Positions 37,855 through 46,802 of a DNA stretch of 64,000 nt are shown in pieces. This DNA comes from Rickettsiales bacterium (GTDB lineage: Bacteria; Pseudomonadota; Alphaproteobacteria; Rickettsiales; SXRF01): positions 101,183-165,182 of the forward strand of contig JAOAUZ010000001.1 of NCBI GenBank assembly GCA_025464625.1. Reading direction: 5' to 3'. The notes under the pieces were generated by a model. That model worked only from the letters and a program-made list of their open reading frames with translations, did not search any database and had not been told where the DNA came from. Each line of letters starts with the position of its first letter. The first letter of the stretch is position 1. The position numbers and the translations under genes were made by a program.

Positions 37855-38355
37855 TTAAAGAATATTCTTTATGTTGTTCAATAGCTTTCTATAAAATACC
37901 ATCTCATTATATTTCATATATATCAAGAAAGCGTTAAGTGAGCAAAACAACGTAAAATAAAGCCAAAAATAGATTGAATGTAGAGCGATAAGTGGCGGAA
38001 ACATAAAGAGATTTGTAAATATCATTATATTATCAATTTGCTTGGCGGTTTTTAGTCTTTTCGCTGCCATTTTAAGGTTGGCTTGCCCTTGTTTCTGACG
38101 ATTTTCTACATAGCTGGCTAGGTTTGCTAAATCCCATTTCTTTTCAAAGAAATCATTAGGAAAACAAACGCGGAATTCTTCCTGTATTTTCTCCAAAAAC
38201 CTGTTTTTATAAATTTTTCCTTTTAGGGAATTGTCTAAATTTTTGCCATTCGGCTTTATCAGAAATTCCATGAAATTTTTATTCTCATAAGGAAGGGAAT
38301 TATCCTCTCTTACGGCAGAAAAAATATCCAGAATTTTTGTTTCTGTATCAGGCAT
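37855..38355 (-). CDS. Hypothetical protein with C-terminal TM hairpin, wedged between bioB and bioA
   Basis: 166-aa, AT-rich ORF. It has a K/N/F-rich soluble N-terminal half and two hydrophobic helices at the C-terminus. No family was recognised. Confidence 0.45.
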   Translation of the reverse strand: MPDTETKILDIFSAVREDNSLPYENKNFMEFLIKPNGKNLDNSLKGKIYKNRFLEKIQEEFRVCFPNDFFEKKWDLANLASYVENRQKQGQANLKMAAKRLKTAKQIDNIMIFTNLFMFPPLIALHSIYFWLYFTLFCSLNAFLIYMKYNEMVFYRKLLNNIKNIL

Positions 38356-38368
38356 AGGGATTGGTTAT

Positions 38369-39346
38369 TTATGCGGCGTGTGCCTCATGCTTACACTCTA
38401 TTTGCAGCGGTTCTAGCCCGAGTTTGGCGAAGAGGGCGCGGTCGCTGTCAGCTTGTGGATTAGCGGTGGTGAGGAGTTTTTCGCCGTAGAAAATAGAATT
38501 TGCGCCTGCGAAGAAGCATAATGCCTGAGTTTGTTCGTTCATTTCTTCACGCCCTGCCGAGAGGCGGACAAATGATTTTGGCATGATAATGCGCGCCACC
38601 GCGATGGTGCGGATGAAATCAAACGGATCTAATTCTGCGCGTCCTGCGAGCTTTGTTCCTTCAACCTGCACCAGCAGGTTAATCGGCACACTTTCAGGGT
38701 GTTTGGGCATGTTGGCAAGTGTTTGCAGCAGCCCTGCGCGGTCGCTTAGACCTTCACCCATTCCCACAATGCCACCGCAGCAGACATTCATGCCCGCATC
38801 ACGCACATTGGCGAGTGTATCCAGCCTATCCTGATAGGTGCGGGTGGTGATGATTTCGCCATAAAATTCTTCGGAAGTGTCAAGATTATGATTATAATAA
38901 TCAAGCCCTGCGTCTTTGAGTTTATGCGCTTGTCCAGCGTCCAGCATTCCCAGCGTGGCGCAGGTTTCCATGCCTAATTCTTTTACGCCCTTGATGATGT
39001 CGGCGACATTATCAATATCACGGTCTTTCGGCGAACGCCATGCAGCACCCATGCAGAAACGTGATGCGCCAGCCTCTTTGGCTTTGCGCGCTTCGGCAAG
39101 CACCGCTTCTTTTTTCATCAGCTTTTCGGCTTTAACGCCAGCATCAGCAGAAATACTTTGTGGGCAGTAGGCACAATCTTCCGCGCAGCCACCAGTTTTG
39201 ATGGAAAGTAGGGTGCTTATCTGCACCTCATTTGGCGCAAAATTCTCACGGTGGATGGTGTGGGAGCGAAATAGCAAATCATTAAACGGCATGTTGAACA
39301 ATGAAATGATCTCATCTTTTTGCCAATCATGGCGGAGCGTGGTCAT
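38369..39346 (-). CDS. bioB: Biotin synthase
   Basis: Radical-[14 protein letters not shown] and the YNHNLDTS block. The start is set at MTTLRHDW, which has an AAGGA RBS. The track start at 39406 adds 20 unlikely residues. Confidence 0.95.
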   Translation of the reverse strand: MTTLRHDWQKDEIISLFNMPFNDLLFRSHTIHRENFAPNEVQISTLLSIKTGGCAEDCAYCPQSISADAGVKAEKLMKKEAVLAEARKAKEAGASRFCMGAAWRSPKDRDIDNVADIIKGVKELGMETCATLGMLDAGQAHKLKDAGLDYYNHNLDTSEEFYGEIITTRTYQDRLDTLANVRDAGMNVCCGGIVGMGEGLSDRAGLLQTLANMPKHPESVPINLLVQVEGTKLAGRAELDPFDFIRTIAVARIIMPKSFVRLSAGREEMNEQTQALCFFAGANSIFYGEKLLTTANPQADSDRALFAKLGLEPLQIECKHEAHAA

Positions 39347-39410
39347 AGTTTTTATCCTTATGTTTAGCCCTAAATACCTCAATAAATGCGGTATTACAAG
39401 GCGCAAAATG

Positions 39411-41531
39411 CTATATAATCCGTCTTGCTAGCTCTGGATAGTCGATTTTTCCTGTGCCGAGGCGAGGAATTTCAGGGATATGGATGATGTGTTTAGGCAT
39501 TGCTATTTCTGGCAAGCCCTTTTCCTTTGCCAGTGTTAGCAAGGCTTCGCGGGTTAGTGTGCCGCACTCGCTGCATAGAATAATGTGTTCACCTTTTTTG
39601 TCATCGGCAACCGAGATTGCAGCGTGTGCGCAATCAGGAAACAGGTGAAGAGCTAAGTCCTCAGGAATCATCAGCGAAACCATCTCACCAGCGATTTTGG
39701 CAAAGCGTTTGGCACGTCCCGCAATGGTTAAAAACCCGTTTTCATCAATCTCGACAATATCACCCGTATCATACCACTCGCCCTGTGGTTGGATAACCCC
39801 GACATTATCAGCTTTGATATAGCCCAGCATCACGTTTGGTCCTTTGATGAATAATCTGCCACCGCGCTCCATGCCTGCGACTGGTTCTAGCTTGCATTCT
39901 ATCGCAGGAAAAGCACGACCAACGCTGCCTGTTTTATGTTCCATCATGGTGTTGAATGAAACAACTGGGCTGGCTTCGGTTACACCATAGCCCTGCATAA
40001 TATTTACATCGAATTTATCGGCATAGAGATGCTTAGTTGATTCTTTTAGTTTTTCCGCGCCAGCCACCGCAAGGCGAATAGAATGGAAATCATAAGGATT
40101 AGCGTAGCGGGCATAGCCGTTGAAGAATGTGTCTGTGCCGAGCATTACTGTTGCATCGCAGTCATAAATTAGTTCTGGTATAATGCGGTAATGCACAGGG
40201 CTTGGATATAAGAATACATTTATTCCGCGCATCAGTGGCAGCAACATCCCTATTGTTAAACCAAAGGAGTGGAACACAGGCATGGCGTTGAATAATATAT
40301 CAGACGGGGTGAGGTCAAGAACAGCGCAGGATTGATTGATGTTGGCAAGCAGGTTGCTGTGCGAAAGAGCAACGCCTTTGGGAGTTCCTTCTGATCCAGA
40401 AGTGAATAATATAACTGCTGGTGAATTAGGATCAGTTTGTTTAATGATTTTCTGGAGAAGTTCTTTGGTGAAAACTGCTTTCACAAGCGCACATATCTTG
40501 TCAGAAATTGTGACAGTCGGGCGGATGTCTTCCAGATAAATCACCTTGTAATTTTTCTCTAAAGCAGCTGCGACATGCTCCAACTTTCCTTTTTCAATAA
40601 AGGCGCGGGAAGTTAGAACTGTTTTTACGGTTGCAAGGTTGCAGGCATGGAGAATATTATTTTCACCCGCTGAAAAATTGAGCATGGCAGGAACTTTGCC
40701 AAGCATTTGCAATGTAACAAATGTAACCAGTGCGCCGAGTGAATTGGGCAGCAGCACACCAACATATTTTTGATTTTCTAATGGTTTTTCCAGCTTATCA
40801 CGCAGGATAAAAGAGCGGGTGAAAAGCTGGTTATAATTCATTGGCTGGCGTGCTATATCAACTGCGATTTTGTGGCTGTCGCCGTGTTTATCAACGGCTT
40901 CTATTATTGCAGCAAGCAGTGGACGTTTGTAATTTGAGGCAGCAAAGGCTGCGTTTGTCATTATATCATACATTACTAGAGCAGAAATTTCTTCACCTTC
41001 TGCAAATTTTTTTGGTGGTAGGAATGTGATGGTGATTTTTGGAAAAAAACGGGTGCGGAGCTTTTTGCGAAGTCTGCCGAATTTAGAATATTTTGCACCG
41101 CTGATATGGACAGGAAGCAGTGTTGCGCCAGTCTTTTCAATTATGCGTCCTGTGCCGTCATAAATTTTCATTATCCCGCCAGTGGTGGTGATTCGTCCCT
41201 CAGGAAAAATAACCAGCTTCGCGCCTTTTTTGACATCGGTCATCAACCGCTTCATCGACATAGGGGCGAGGGGGTCTATTTTGTAGGTGTTGATTAGTAA
41301 ATCTACCCAGCGGAAATACCATTTATTCGCTTGATGAACATTCATGGCAAAGACTGGTTTTTCAGGAATGAAAACGGAAAGCAATAATGGATCTAAAAAC
41401 GATTGGTGATTGGCGGCAATCACCACCTTGTCACCCGCTGAGTGATAATTCTCCAAGCCGTGAATTTGCACGCGGTATAATGCTTTTAGAAGGAAAGTTA
41501 GAATTGGTCTAAGCAACAATTTTTCGAACAT
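39411..41531 (-). CDS. aas: Bifunctional 2-acylglycerophosphoethanolamine acyltransferase / acyl-ACP synthetase
   Basis: 706 aa. An N-terminal PlsC domain ([13 protein letters not shown]) is followed by an AMP-binding domain ([20 protein letters not shown]). Confidence 0.85.
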   Translation of the reverse strand: MFEKLLLRPILTFLLKALYRVQIHGLENYHSAGDKVVIAANHQSFLDPLLLSVFIPEKPVFAMNVHQANKWYFRWVDLLINTYKIDPLAPMSMKRLMTDVKKGAKLVIFPEGRITTTGGIMKIYDGTGRIIEKTGATLLPVHISGAKYSKFGRLRKKLRTRFFPKITITFLPPKKFAEGEEISALVMYDIMTNAAFAASNYKRPLLAAIIEAVDKHGDSHKIAVDIARQPMNYNQLFTRSFILRDKLEKPLENQKYVGVLLPNSLGALVTFVTLQMLGKVPAMLNFSAGENNILHACNLATVKTVLTSRAFIEKGKLEHVAAALEKNYKVIYLEDIRPTVTISDKICALVKAVFTKELLQKIIKQTDPNSPAVILFTSGSEGTPKGVALSHSNLLANINQSCAVLDLTPSDILFNAMPVFHSFGLTIGMLLPLMRGINVFLYPSPVHYRIIPELIYDCDATVMLGTDTFFNGYARYANPYDFHSIRLAVAGAEKLKESTKHLYADKFDVNIMQGYGVTEASPVVSFNTMMEHKTGSVGRAFPAIECKLEPVAGMERGGRLFIKGPNVMLGYIKADNVGVIQPQGEWYDTGDIVEIDENGFLTIAGRAKRFAKIAGEMVSLMIPEDLALHLFPDCAHAAISVADDKKGEHIILCSECGTLTREALLTLAKEKGLPEIAMPKHIIHIPEIPRLGTGKIDYPELARRII

Positions 41532-41542
41532 TTATTTATATC

Positions 41543-41932
41543 CTATAAAAACATTTTCCAATTTGCATGCAGTACATCAGCAAGTTTTTTTGCCATTTCC
41601 TTGCCGATTGGGCGTTTACCATTTTCCATTTCTGAGAGATGATGTTGATGGATTGATAGTTTTTCAGCAAGTTGTTTTTGAGTTAGTTGCTCGCGATAAC
41701 GTAGACCTCGTAAAATAGTCGCAGGACGTTTTACATCGTCTGCCAATTCTGGCAGGGCGATATTGGCTGGAATACTATCTTCGTGATATGTTTCTTCAAT
41801 ATACGAAACCAGATCACGCCCAACTTTTTTTGGAACAGTATATATTTCTGGCTTAGGCTTTAGCCCTTTTATTGTAATCGTTACTTCCTCAATATGGCGC
41901 ATTTTCTCTACTCCCAACATAATATATTTCAA
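41543..41932 (-). CDS. XRE-family HTH antitoxin (HigA-like)
   Basis: The C-terminal HTH is LTQKQLAEKLSIHQHHLSEMENGKRPI. It lies downstream of and overlaps a RelE/HigB-like ORF. The start is uncertain (41932, 41920 or 41902). Confidence 0.7.
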   Translation of the reverse strand: MKYIMLGVEKMRHIEEVTITIKGLKPKPEIYTVPKKVGRDLVSYIEETYHEDSIPANIALPELADDVKRPATILRGLRYREQLTQKQLAEKLSIHQHHLSEMENGKRPIGKEMAKKLADVLHANWKMFL

Positions 41933-42161
41933 TTAACTTTATTTTTTTATCCTCGACAATCCAACATGCGACCCATTTATAACTCAAATGACAATGATAA
42001 CGATTTCCTCCAAGCTTTGAGTAGTTTGACCAATTAGGCAGAACTGCTCCATTTAACTGTAAGTCTTGTGTAAGAGTAATTAAAATATCGCGCTCACGTT
42101 TTGGAAGTTTATCAGATTGCTTTTTTGCTTTCGCAGTCAATTTAACTACCCAGTCGCTCAT
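41889..42161 (-). CDS. RelE/ParE-superfamily toxin (HigB-like gene order)
   Basis: About 90 aa: MSDWVVKLTAKAKKQSDKLPKRERD...YHCHLSYKWVACWIVEDKKIKLIEIYYVGSRENAPY. The toxin-first arrangement is typical of HigBA. Confidence 0.65.
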   Translation of the reverse strand: MSDWVVKLTAKAKKQSDKLPKRERDILITLTQDLQLNGAVLPNWSNYSKLGGNRYHCHLSYKWVACWIVEDKKIKLIEIYYVGSRENAPY

Positions 42162-42182
42162 ATAATATACCATTTTTTGGTA

Positions 42183-43475
42183 TTAAGCAACAATTTTTCG
42201 AACATACCACGCCACCGCAAGGGTTAAGAATGCCACTATAATAAACAGATCTTTTACACCGAGTCCATACGATAATAATATAGCGGAAACTATCGCAGCG
42301 ATGGTCATAGATAGTGAGTCGCTAAGGTTGCTGGCGGCGATTATTTGTGAGCGATGGCTTGAGCCAGTGCGTGATTGGAGGAGGGCATAAAGCGGGACTA
42401 TATATAACCCACCACATATCGCCACCATCAACATGCAGGCAAGAACTAACAGATGGCTGGTTACGCTGAAAAATTCACTGATGGTCATTAGTTCATCTGT
42501 AGCTGGTACAGGTGTGAAATACACCATAAGCGCGCTGAAAAAAGCAATGCCGATTGCTGATATGGGTGTGAATTTGGTTGAAATCTGACTTTTTAGCAGA
42601 GTGTCGCAGAGCAGCGAGCCTATCGCTGTTCCGACAGAAAATACCGTGAGAAATAAAATATATACTTCGTTATCAGCATGGATTACGCCGCGTGCATAAT
42701 TGGCGAATTGGGAGATATAGATCGAGCCAACGGTGATGAACCATGAGAGGGCTAAGATGGTGCGAACCAAAACATCATCTTTGCGGGCGTGGCGAATTAT
42801 GCTCATGCTGCCTTTCCACAAATTAAAACTGAGTTTTGTGTGTGGATGGGTGGAAGGAGCAGGGGGGATAAACAGGCTGGCGATAAAGCCAATTATAGCA
42901 ACTATTATCGCCACTGTGCCGATTAGATTGTTGGGATATTCTATTATTATTCCGCCTGCAATCATCCCTATAAGAATGGCAAGATAAGTGCCACTGGCGA
43001 TAAAACCATTGCCTGCTAGAAGCTCGCCATGCTGCAGATGTTGGGGCAGTATGCTGAATTTTATAGGAACGTTGAACGCGGTGTGCGTTCCACTTATAAA
43101 AAGCATCACCATGAGCAGATTAATGTCATGATAATAAAAACCATAGCTTGCGATAAGAACAATAAAAATCTCCGCGATTTTTGTATATATAATTAGCCGT
43201 GATTTTTCGTATTTATCGGCAAGTTCTCCCGCGATTGATGAAAATAAAACCATCGGCAAAACCAACAGCCCATAACAAATAGTCACGAGGATTTCAGGTT
43301 GTATTGATAAGGAAATATCATGTTTGGCAGCGTAGGTAATTAGTACAATCAGACCAGAGCGGATTAAATTGTCATTAAAAGTTCCAAGAAAAATAGACAG
43401 AAACATTGGTAGAAAACGACGGTTGAGAAATAACCTGTATTTCAGGTTTTTAAGATCTAGAGATTCTAATTCCAT
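42183..43475 (-). CDS. lplT: Lysophospholipid transporter LplT (MFS)
   Basis: 430 aa and polytopic. It has an N-terminal FLGTFNDNLIR motif and the classic pairing with aas. Confidence 0.75.
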   Translation of the reverse strand: MELESLDLKNLKYRLFLNRRFLPMFLSIFLGTFNDNLIRSGLIVLITYAAKHDISLSIQPEILVTICYGLLVLPMVLFSSIAGELADKYEKSRLIIYTKIAEIFIVLIASYGFYYHDINLLMVMLFISGTHTAFNVPIKFSILPQHLQHGELLAGNGFIASGTYLAILIGMIAGGIIIEYPNNLIGTVAIIVAIIGFIASLFIPPAPSTHPHTKLSFNLWKGSMSIIRHARKDDVLVRTILALSWFITVGSIYISQFANYARGVIHADNEVYILFLTVFSVGTAIGSLLCDTLLKSQISTKFTPISAIGIAFFSALMVYFTPVPATDELMTISEFFSVTSHLLVLACMLMVAICGGLYIVPLYALLQSRTGSSHRSQIIAASNLSDSLSMTIAAIVSAILLSYGLGVKDLFIIVAFLTLAVAWYVRKIVA

Positions 43476-43819
43476 AGCACCACCAACCAGATTACCCCAG
43501 CATTGATAAGGCTTAGCAACACCGCAGCACTTGCCACATCCTTTGCTTTTTTGGAGAGGGGATGTATCTCCAGAGATATTCTATTTATCGCTATTTCAAC
43601 TGCGGTGTTTAGCAATTCGACAATCAGAACTAAAAACAGGCTGCCAATCAGCAATGCGCGTTCTGTGTTATTTTTTGTAACAAGCAAAGCAACAGGAATT
43701 GCTATGGCACTTATGATTATTTCAGTACGGAATGCTGATTCACCAAGTGCTGCCTTCAGCCCCTCAATGGAATAACCAAAAGCGCGGATTATACGTTTAA
43801 TTTCATTTAGCATTATCAC
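43466..43819 (-). CDS. dgkA: Diacylglycerol kinase
   Basis: 117 aa with RIIRAFGYSIEGLKAALGESAFRTE and ELLNTAVE. Confidence 0.9.
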   Translation of the reverse strand: MIMLNEIKRIIRAFGYSIEGLKAALGESAFRTEIIISAIAIPVALLVTKNNTERALLIGSLFLVLIVELLNTAVEIAINRISLEIHPLSKKAKDVASAAVLLSLINAGVIWLVVLWN

Positions 43820-44862
43820 ACCGCTTTGCTTTTTAGCATCTGCGCTTTCGGCAAATTGAATATTTCAGTTGCTGCGGTTATGCCTTCAAAACCTTGAACG
43901 GTTAGTTTTCCTGTTGCTGCATCGGCCACCATGCACAGGCGTGTGAATGGATTTAGCATTGGTGCGCACAGCCATGAAAAACTATGCTGCACTACTTCGT
44001 GACCTTGCAGCCTGCAACCTTGCAGCCAGCGACCATTGCTATTAAAAAACGGGCGTGGTTTTGTGCCTTTGCTTAATGATGTTTGGAACTGATTGCTAGC
44101 GACAACTTGTGGGTCTGCACCTATTTCACGAATCTGTGCAGAATTTTCTGCACGTTCGATTACGCAGCCTTCGCCATACTCCAAACCTGTTAGAATAAAT
44201 ATTGCAGGAACAGCAATAGGAGTTTTGGTGAGCATTTCTTTAGCAGTGTTATAATCACCTGCTTTTTCGAATACCTGCCTGAGTAAATGTGCGGGCGGAA
44301 TACCTTTTTGTGATTGTGCTATTTTGCGATTTCTAAACCAATCGGTGATGATATTTTTGCTATGCCTACGCATCGGGGCAAGGTTAAGCGCGGCACTGAA
44401 ACGAGCAGGTGCCATAGCGTTGAACACGCCAGAAACCCCCGGCCATGTTACATTATAAAAATCTCCAGCCTCGCCACTTTGCAATACCACCATCACATGT
44501 TTCCCGAGCTTGGGAAAAGGCCAGTCTAACACCCGCATCATCACCACGTTTTCGTCATTGCGATAAGCACCACTGGTGCAGCCCCATTCATAAGATAAAT
44601 TTAGGGAATATATACCACGCACACCAAGAATGCTGTCGAAAGTCTCAATTTCATGCAAGAAAGGATTGTTGGTACGCTTGAGCCACGCATGTGATTTGCT
44701 ATCAATAAAGGGCAATATCAAACCACTGACGATATGTGAAAAATAGCCATAGCTTTTACGGGCGGCAACAACCAGAGTCTTTGCGCTATCAGGATAAGTA
44801 CGAAGTAAATCAATCGGTGTTTTACCGCGTAGGTCTATAAAAGGTATGGTAGTTTTGAGCAT
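43816..44862 (-). CDS. Ntn-hydrolase-like protein (C45 / acid-ceramidase / choloylglycine-hydrolase-like)
   Basis: 348 aa. WGCTSGAYR...MMRVLDWPF...YNVTWPGVSGVFNAMAP resembles Cys-nucleophile Ntn amidases. It overlaps dgkA by 4 bp. Confidence 0.35.
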   Translation of the reverse strand: MLKTTIPFIDLRGKTPIDLLRTYPDSAKTLVVAARKSYGYFSHIVSGLILPFIDSKSHAWLKRTNNPFLHEIETFDSILGVRGIYSLNLSYEWGCTSGAYRNDENVVMMRVLDWPFPKLGKHVMVVLQSGEAGDFYNVTWPGVSGVFNAMAPARFSAALNLAPMRRHSKNIITDWFRNRKIAQSQKGIPPAHLLRQVFEKAGDYNTAKEMLTKTPIAVPAIFILTGLEYGEGCVIERAENSAQIREIGADPQVVASNQFQTSLSKGTKPRPFFNSNGRWLQGCRLQGHEVVQHSFSWLCAPMLNPFTRLCMVADAATGKLTVQGFEGITAATEIFNLPKAQMLKSKAV

Positions 44863-45034
44863 ATGACCCAGATTATAAGATAACTAAGATGACGAGATGA
44901 TATGAATATTAAATTAGTATTTACAATATTTCCTTTTAAAAAGGAATCTAATATTATAACCTGAAAAATATTCTATATTTTATTATCTTATCATCCTATT
45001 ATCTCGTAATATTGTAATCTAAAAGGTTTATTCA

Positions 45035-45631
45035 ATGTCTGAAAATAAAGTTATATCTCCATCACAAAAACCAACACGCGAGCAGGCGGAAGATGCAGTG
45101 CGGACGTTGTTACGTTGGGCAGGGGATGACCCAGCGCGTGAAGGTTTGCTTGACACACCTAAGCGTGTGGTAAAATCTTATGAAGAACTTTTTAGAGGTT
45201 ATGAAACTGACCCACGCGAAATATTAAACCGTACCTTCAAAGAAGTTGAGGGCTATGATGAAATGGTGGTGTTGCGTGATATAAATTTTAATTCGCACTG
45301 CGAGCATCACATGGTTCCATTTACTGGCAAAGCCCACGTTGCCTATCTGCCAAGCTGTAAAGTGATTGGTATCAGCAAGCTGGCGCGGCTGGTGGATATT
45401 TATGCCAATCGTTTGCAGATTCAAGAAAAACTGACTTCACAAATTGCAAATACTCTAAATGATATTTTGCAACCAAAAGGTGTTGCGGTGGTGATTGAGG
45501 CGACACATATGTGCATGACTATGCGCGGAGTGCGTAAACACGGAACGGTGATGCAGACCAGTAAACTTCTTGGGCTGTTCAAAAGCGACCCGCGCACCCG
45601 TCAGGAGTTTTTCAGCTTGCTGAAGACATAG
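45035..45631 (+). CDS. folE: GTP cyclohydrolase I
   Basis: 198 aa with [27 protein letters not shown] and [11 protein letters not shown]. Confidence 0.95.
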   Translation: MSENKVISPSQKPTREQAEDAVRTLLRWAGDDPAREGLLDTPKRVVKSYEELFRGYETDPREILNRTFKEVEGYDEMVVLRDINFNSHCEHHMVPFTGKAHVAYLPSCKVIGISKLARLVDIYANRLQIQEKLTSQIANTLNDILQPKGVAVVIEATHMCMTMRGVRKHGTVMQTSKLLGLFKSDPRTRQEFFSLLKT

Positions 45632-45639
45632 GCTTTTAC

Positions 45640-46032
45640 ATGTATAGCAAAACCACGCGTAATATTAAGATTACTGTAACTCCTGTTTATCTTGAGGATC
45701 AATCTGACCCTGATGGACATCATTATGTCTGGGCATATACTGTGCAACTGGAAAATACTGGTGAAGAAAAAATAAAACTCATCAACCGCCACTGGCATAT
45801 AACAGATGCAACTGGAGCAGTGCAGGAAGTGCGTGGTGCTGGGGTGGTTGGTGAGCAGCCAGTGCTTAACTCTGGCGATTCATTCCAATATACCAGCGGT
45901 GCTGCGCTGCGAACCCCGTCTGGCATCATGAAAGGTAATTACGAAATGGAAACGGATTTATATGAAAGATTTCTGGTAGAGATACCAGCATTTTCATTGG
46001 ATAGTCCTGACCAAATGAGAAGACCAAATTAA
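45640..46032 (+). CDS. apaG: ApaG protein
   Basis: 130 aa with NRHWHITDATGAVQEVRGAGVVGEQPVL...FQYTSG. Confidence 0.9.
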   Translation: MYSKTTRNIKITVTPVYLEDQSDPDGHHYVWAYTVQLENTGEEKIKLINRHWHITDATGAVQEVRGAGVVGEQPVLNSGDSFQYTSGAALRTPSGIMKGNYEMETDLYERFLVEIPAFSLDSPDQMRRPN

Positions 46033-46158
46033 AATACTCTTCGTCTTTTAATAATTGGCGTTGTTATACTTCGGACTCGTAAAACTCACCTATCAATTAT
46101 AGGCTCAAGTTTTACTCGCCTCGTCTGCCTAGCCAATTATTAAAATACTTTGAGTATA
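46033..46158. repeat. PE-C long palindromic element abutting the apaG stop codon
   Basis: aaatactcttcgtcttttaataattggcgttgttatacttcggactcgtaaaactc...gagttttactcgcctcgtctgcctagccaattattaaaatactttgagtat. Confidence 0.7.
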
Positions 46159-46188
46159 TTGCAATATAAACAGGATATTAGGTTTTTC

Positions 46189-46226
46189 TTGACATTTTCG
46201 TGCAAATTGATTATTTTGAACAAAAT
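46189..46226 (+). promoter_or_regulatory. Sigma-70-like promoter with overlapping palindromic operator for the Phd/ParE-like operon
   Basis: TTGACA (46189-94), a 17-nt spacer, then TATTTT (46212-17). The perfect inverted repeat ATTTTG-aa-CAAAAT overlaps the -10. Confidence 0.45.
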
Positions 46227-46243
46227 GACCATTTTAGTAATTA

Positions 46244-46525
46244 ATGAGAATGAATATGGAAATATTAAATGCCACTGATGCAAAACGCGATTTTGGGGAG
46301 ATGCTTCTCAAGGTGCAGAAAGAACCTGTTGTAATTAACAAGAATGGCAAGCCTGTGGCTGTGGTTGTTTCTAGTAGTGACTATGAATATTTTGAAACTC
46401 TGCACAGTAATTGGCTTAAGGCGGAAATTCAAAAAGGTATAGATGATATTGACGCTGGGAATGTGGCAGATGGAAAAGCGGTTCTTGCAGCCTTAAGAAA
46501 ACAGGTTAGGGATGCCACATTATAA
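46244..46525 (+). CDS. Phd/YefM-type antitoxin
   Basis: MEILNATDAKRDFGEMLLKVQKEPVVINKNGKPVAVVVS is the Phd/YefM N-terminal pattern. The likely start is the ATG at 46256. It overlaps the toxin gene by 14 nt. Confidence 0.75.
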   Translation: MRMNMEILNATDAKRDFGEMLLKVQKEPVVINKNGKPVAVVVSSSDYEYFETLHSNWLKAEIQKGIDDIDAGNVADGKAVLAALRKQVRDATL

Positions 46526-46802
46526 ATTTACTGCTCACGCTCAGAAAGATTTATTGAATATTATTAATTACACTGTGCAAAATTGGGGTGGTGTCCAAGC
46601 CGATAAATATATTGATGGTCTAGAAGTTCTAGCAGTTAATCTCGCAAATAATCCTACTCTAGGTACTCGCCGTGATGTTCTAAGAAAAGGTTTGTTTAGT
46701 TTCCCTTATCAAAGCCATATGCTTTACTACATACGCACTAGGGCAGGAGTTACAATATTGCGCGTATTACATCAGCACCAGAATCTTGAAAAAGAATTAT
46801 GA
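46512..46802 (+). CDS. ParE/RelE-family toxin
   Basis: 96 aa: YKFTAHAQKDLLNIINYT...FPYQSHMLYYIRTRAGVTILRVLHQHQN. The stop overlaps the fliB-like start (ATGA). Confidence 0.75.
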   Translation: MPHYKFTAHAQKDLLNIINYTVQNWGGVQADKYIDGLEVLAVNLANNPTLGTRRDVLRKGLFSFPYQSHMLYYIRTRAGVTILRVLHQHQNLEKEL

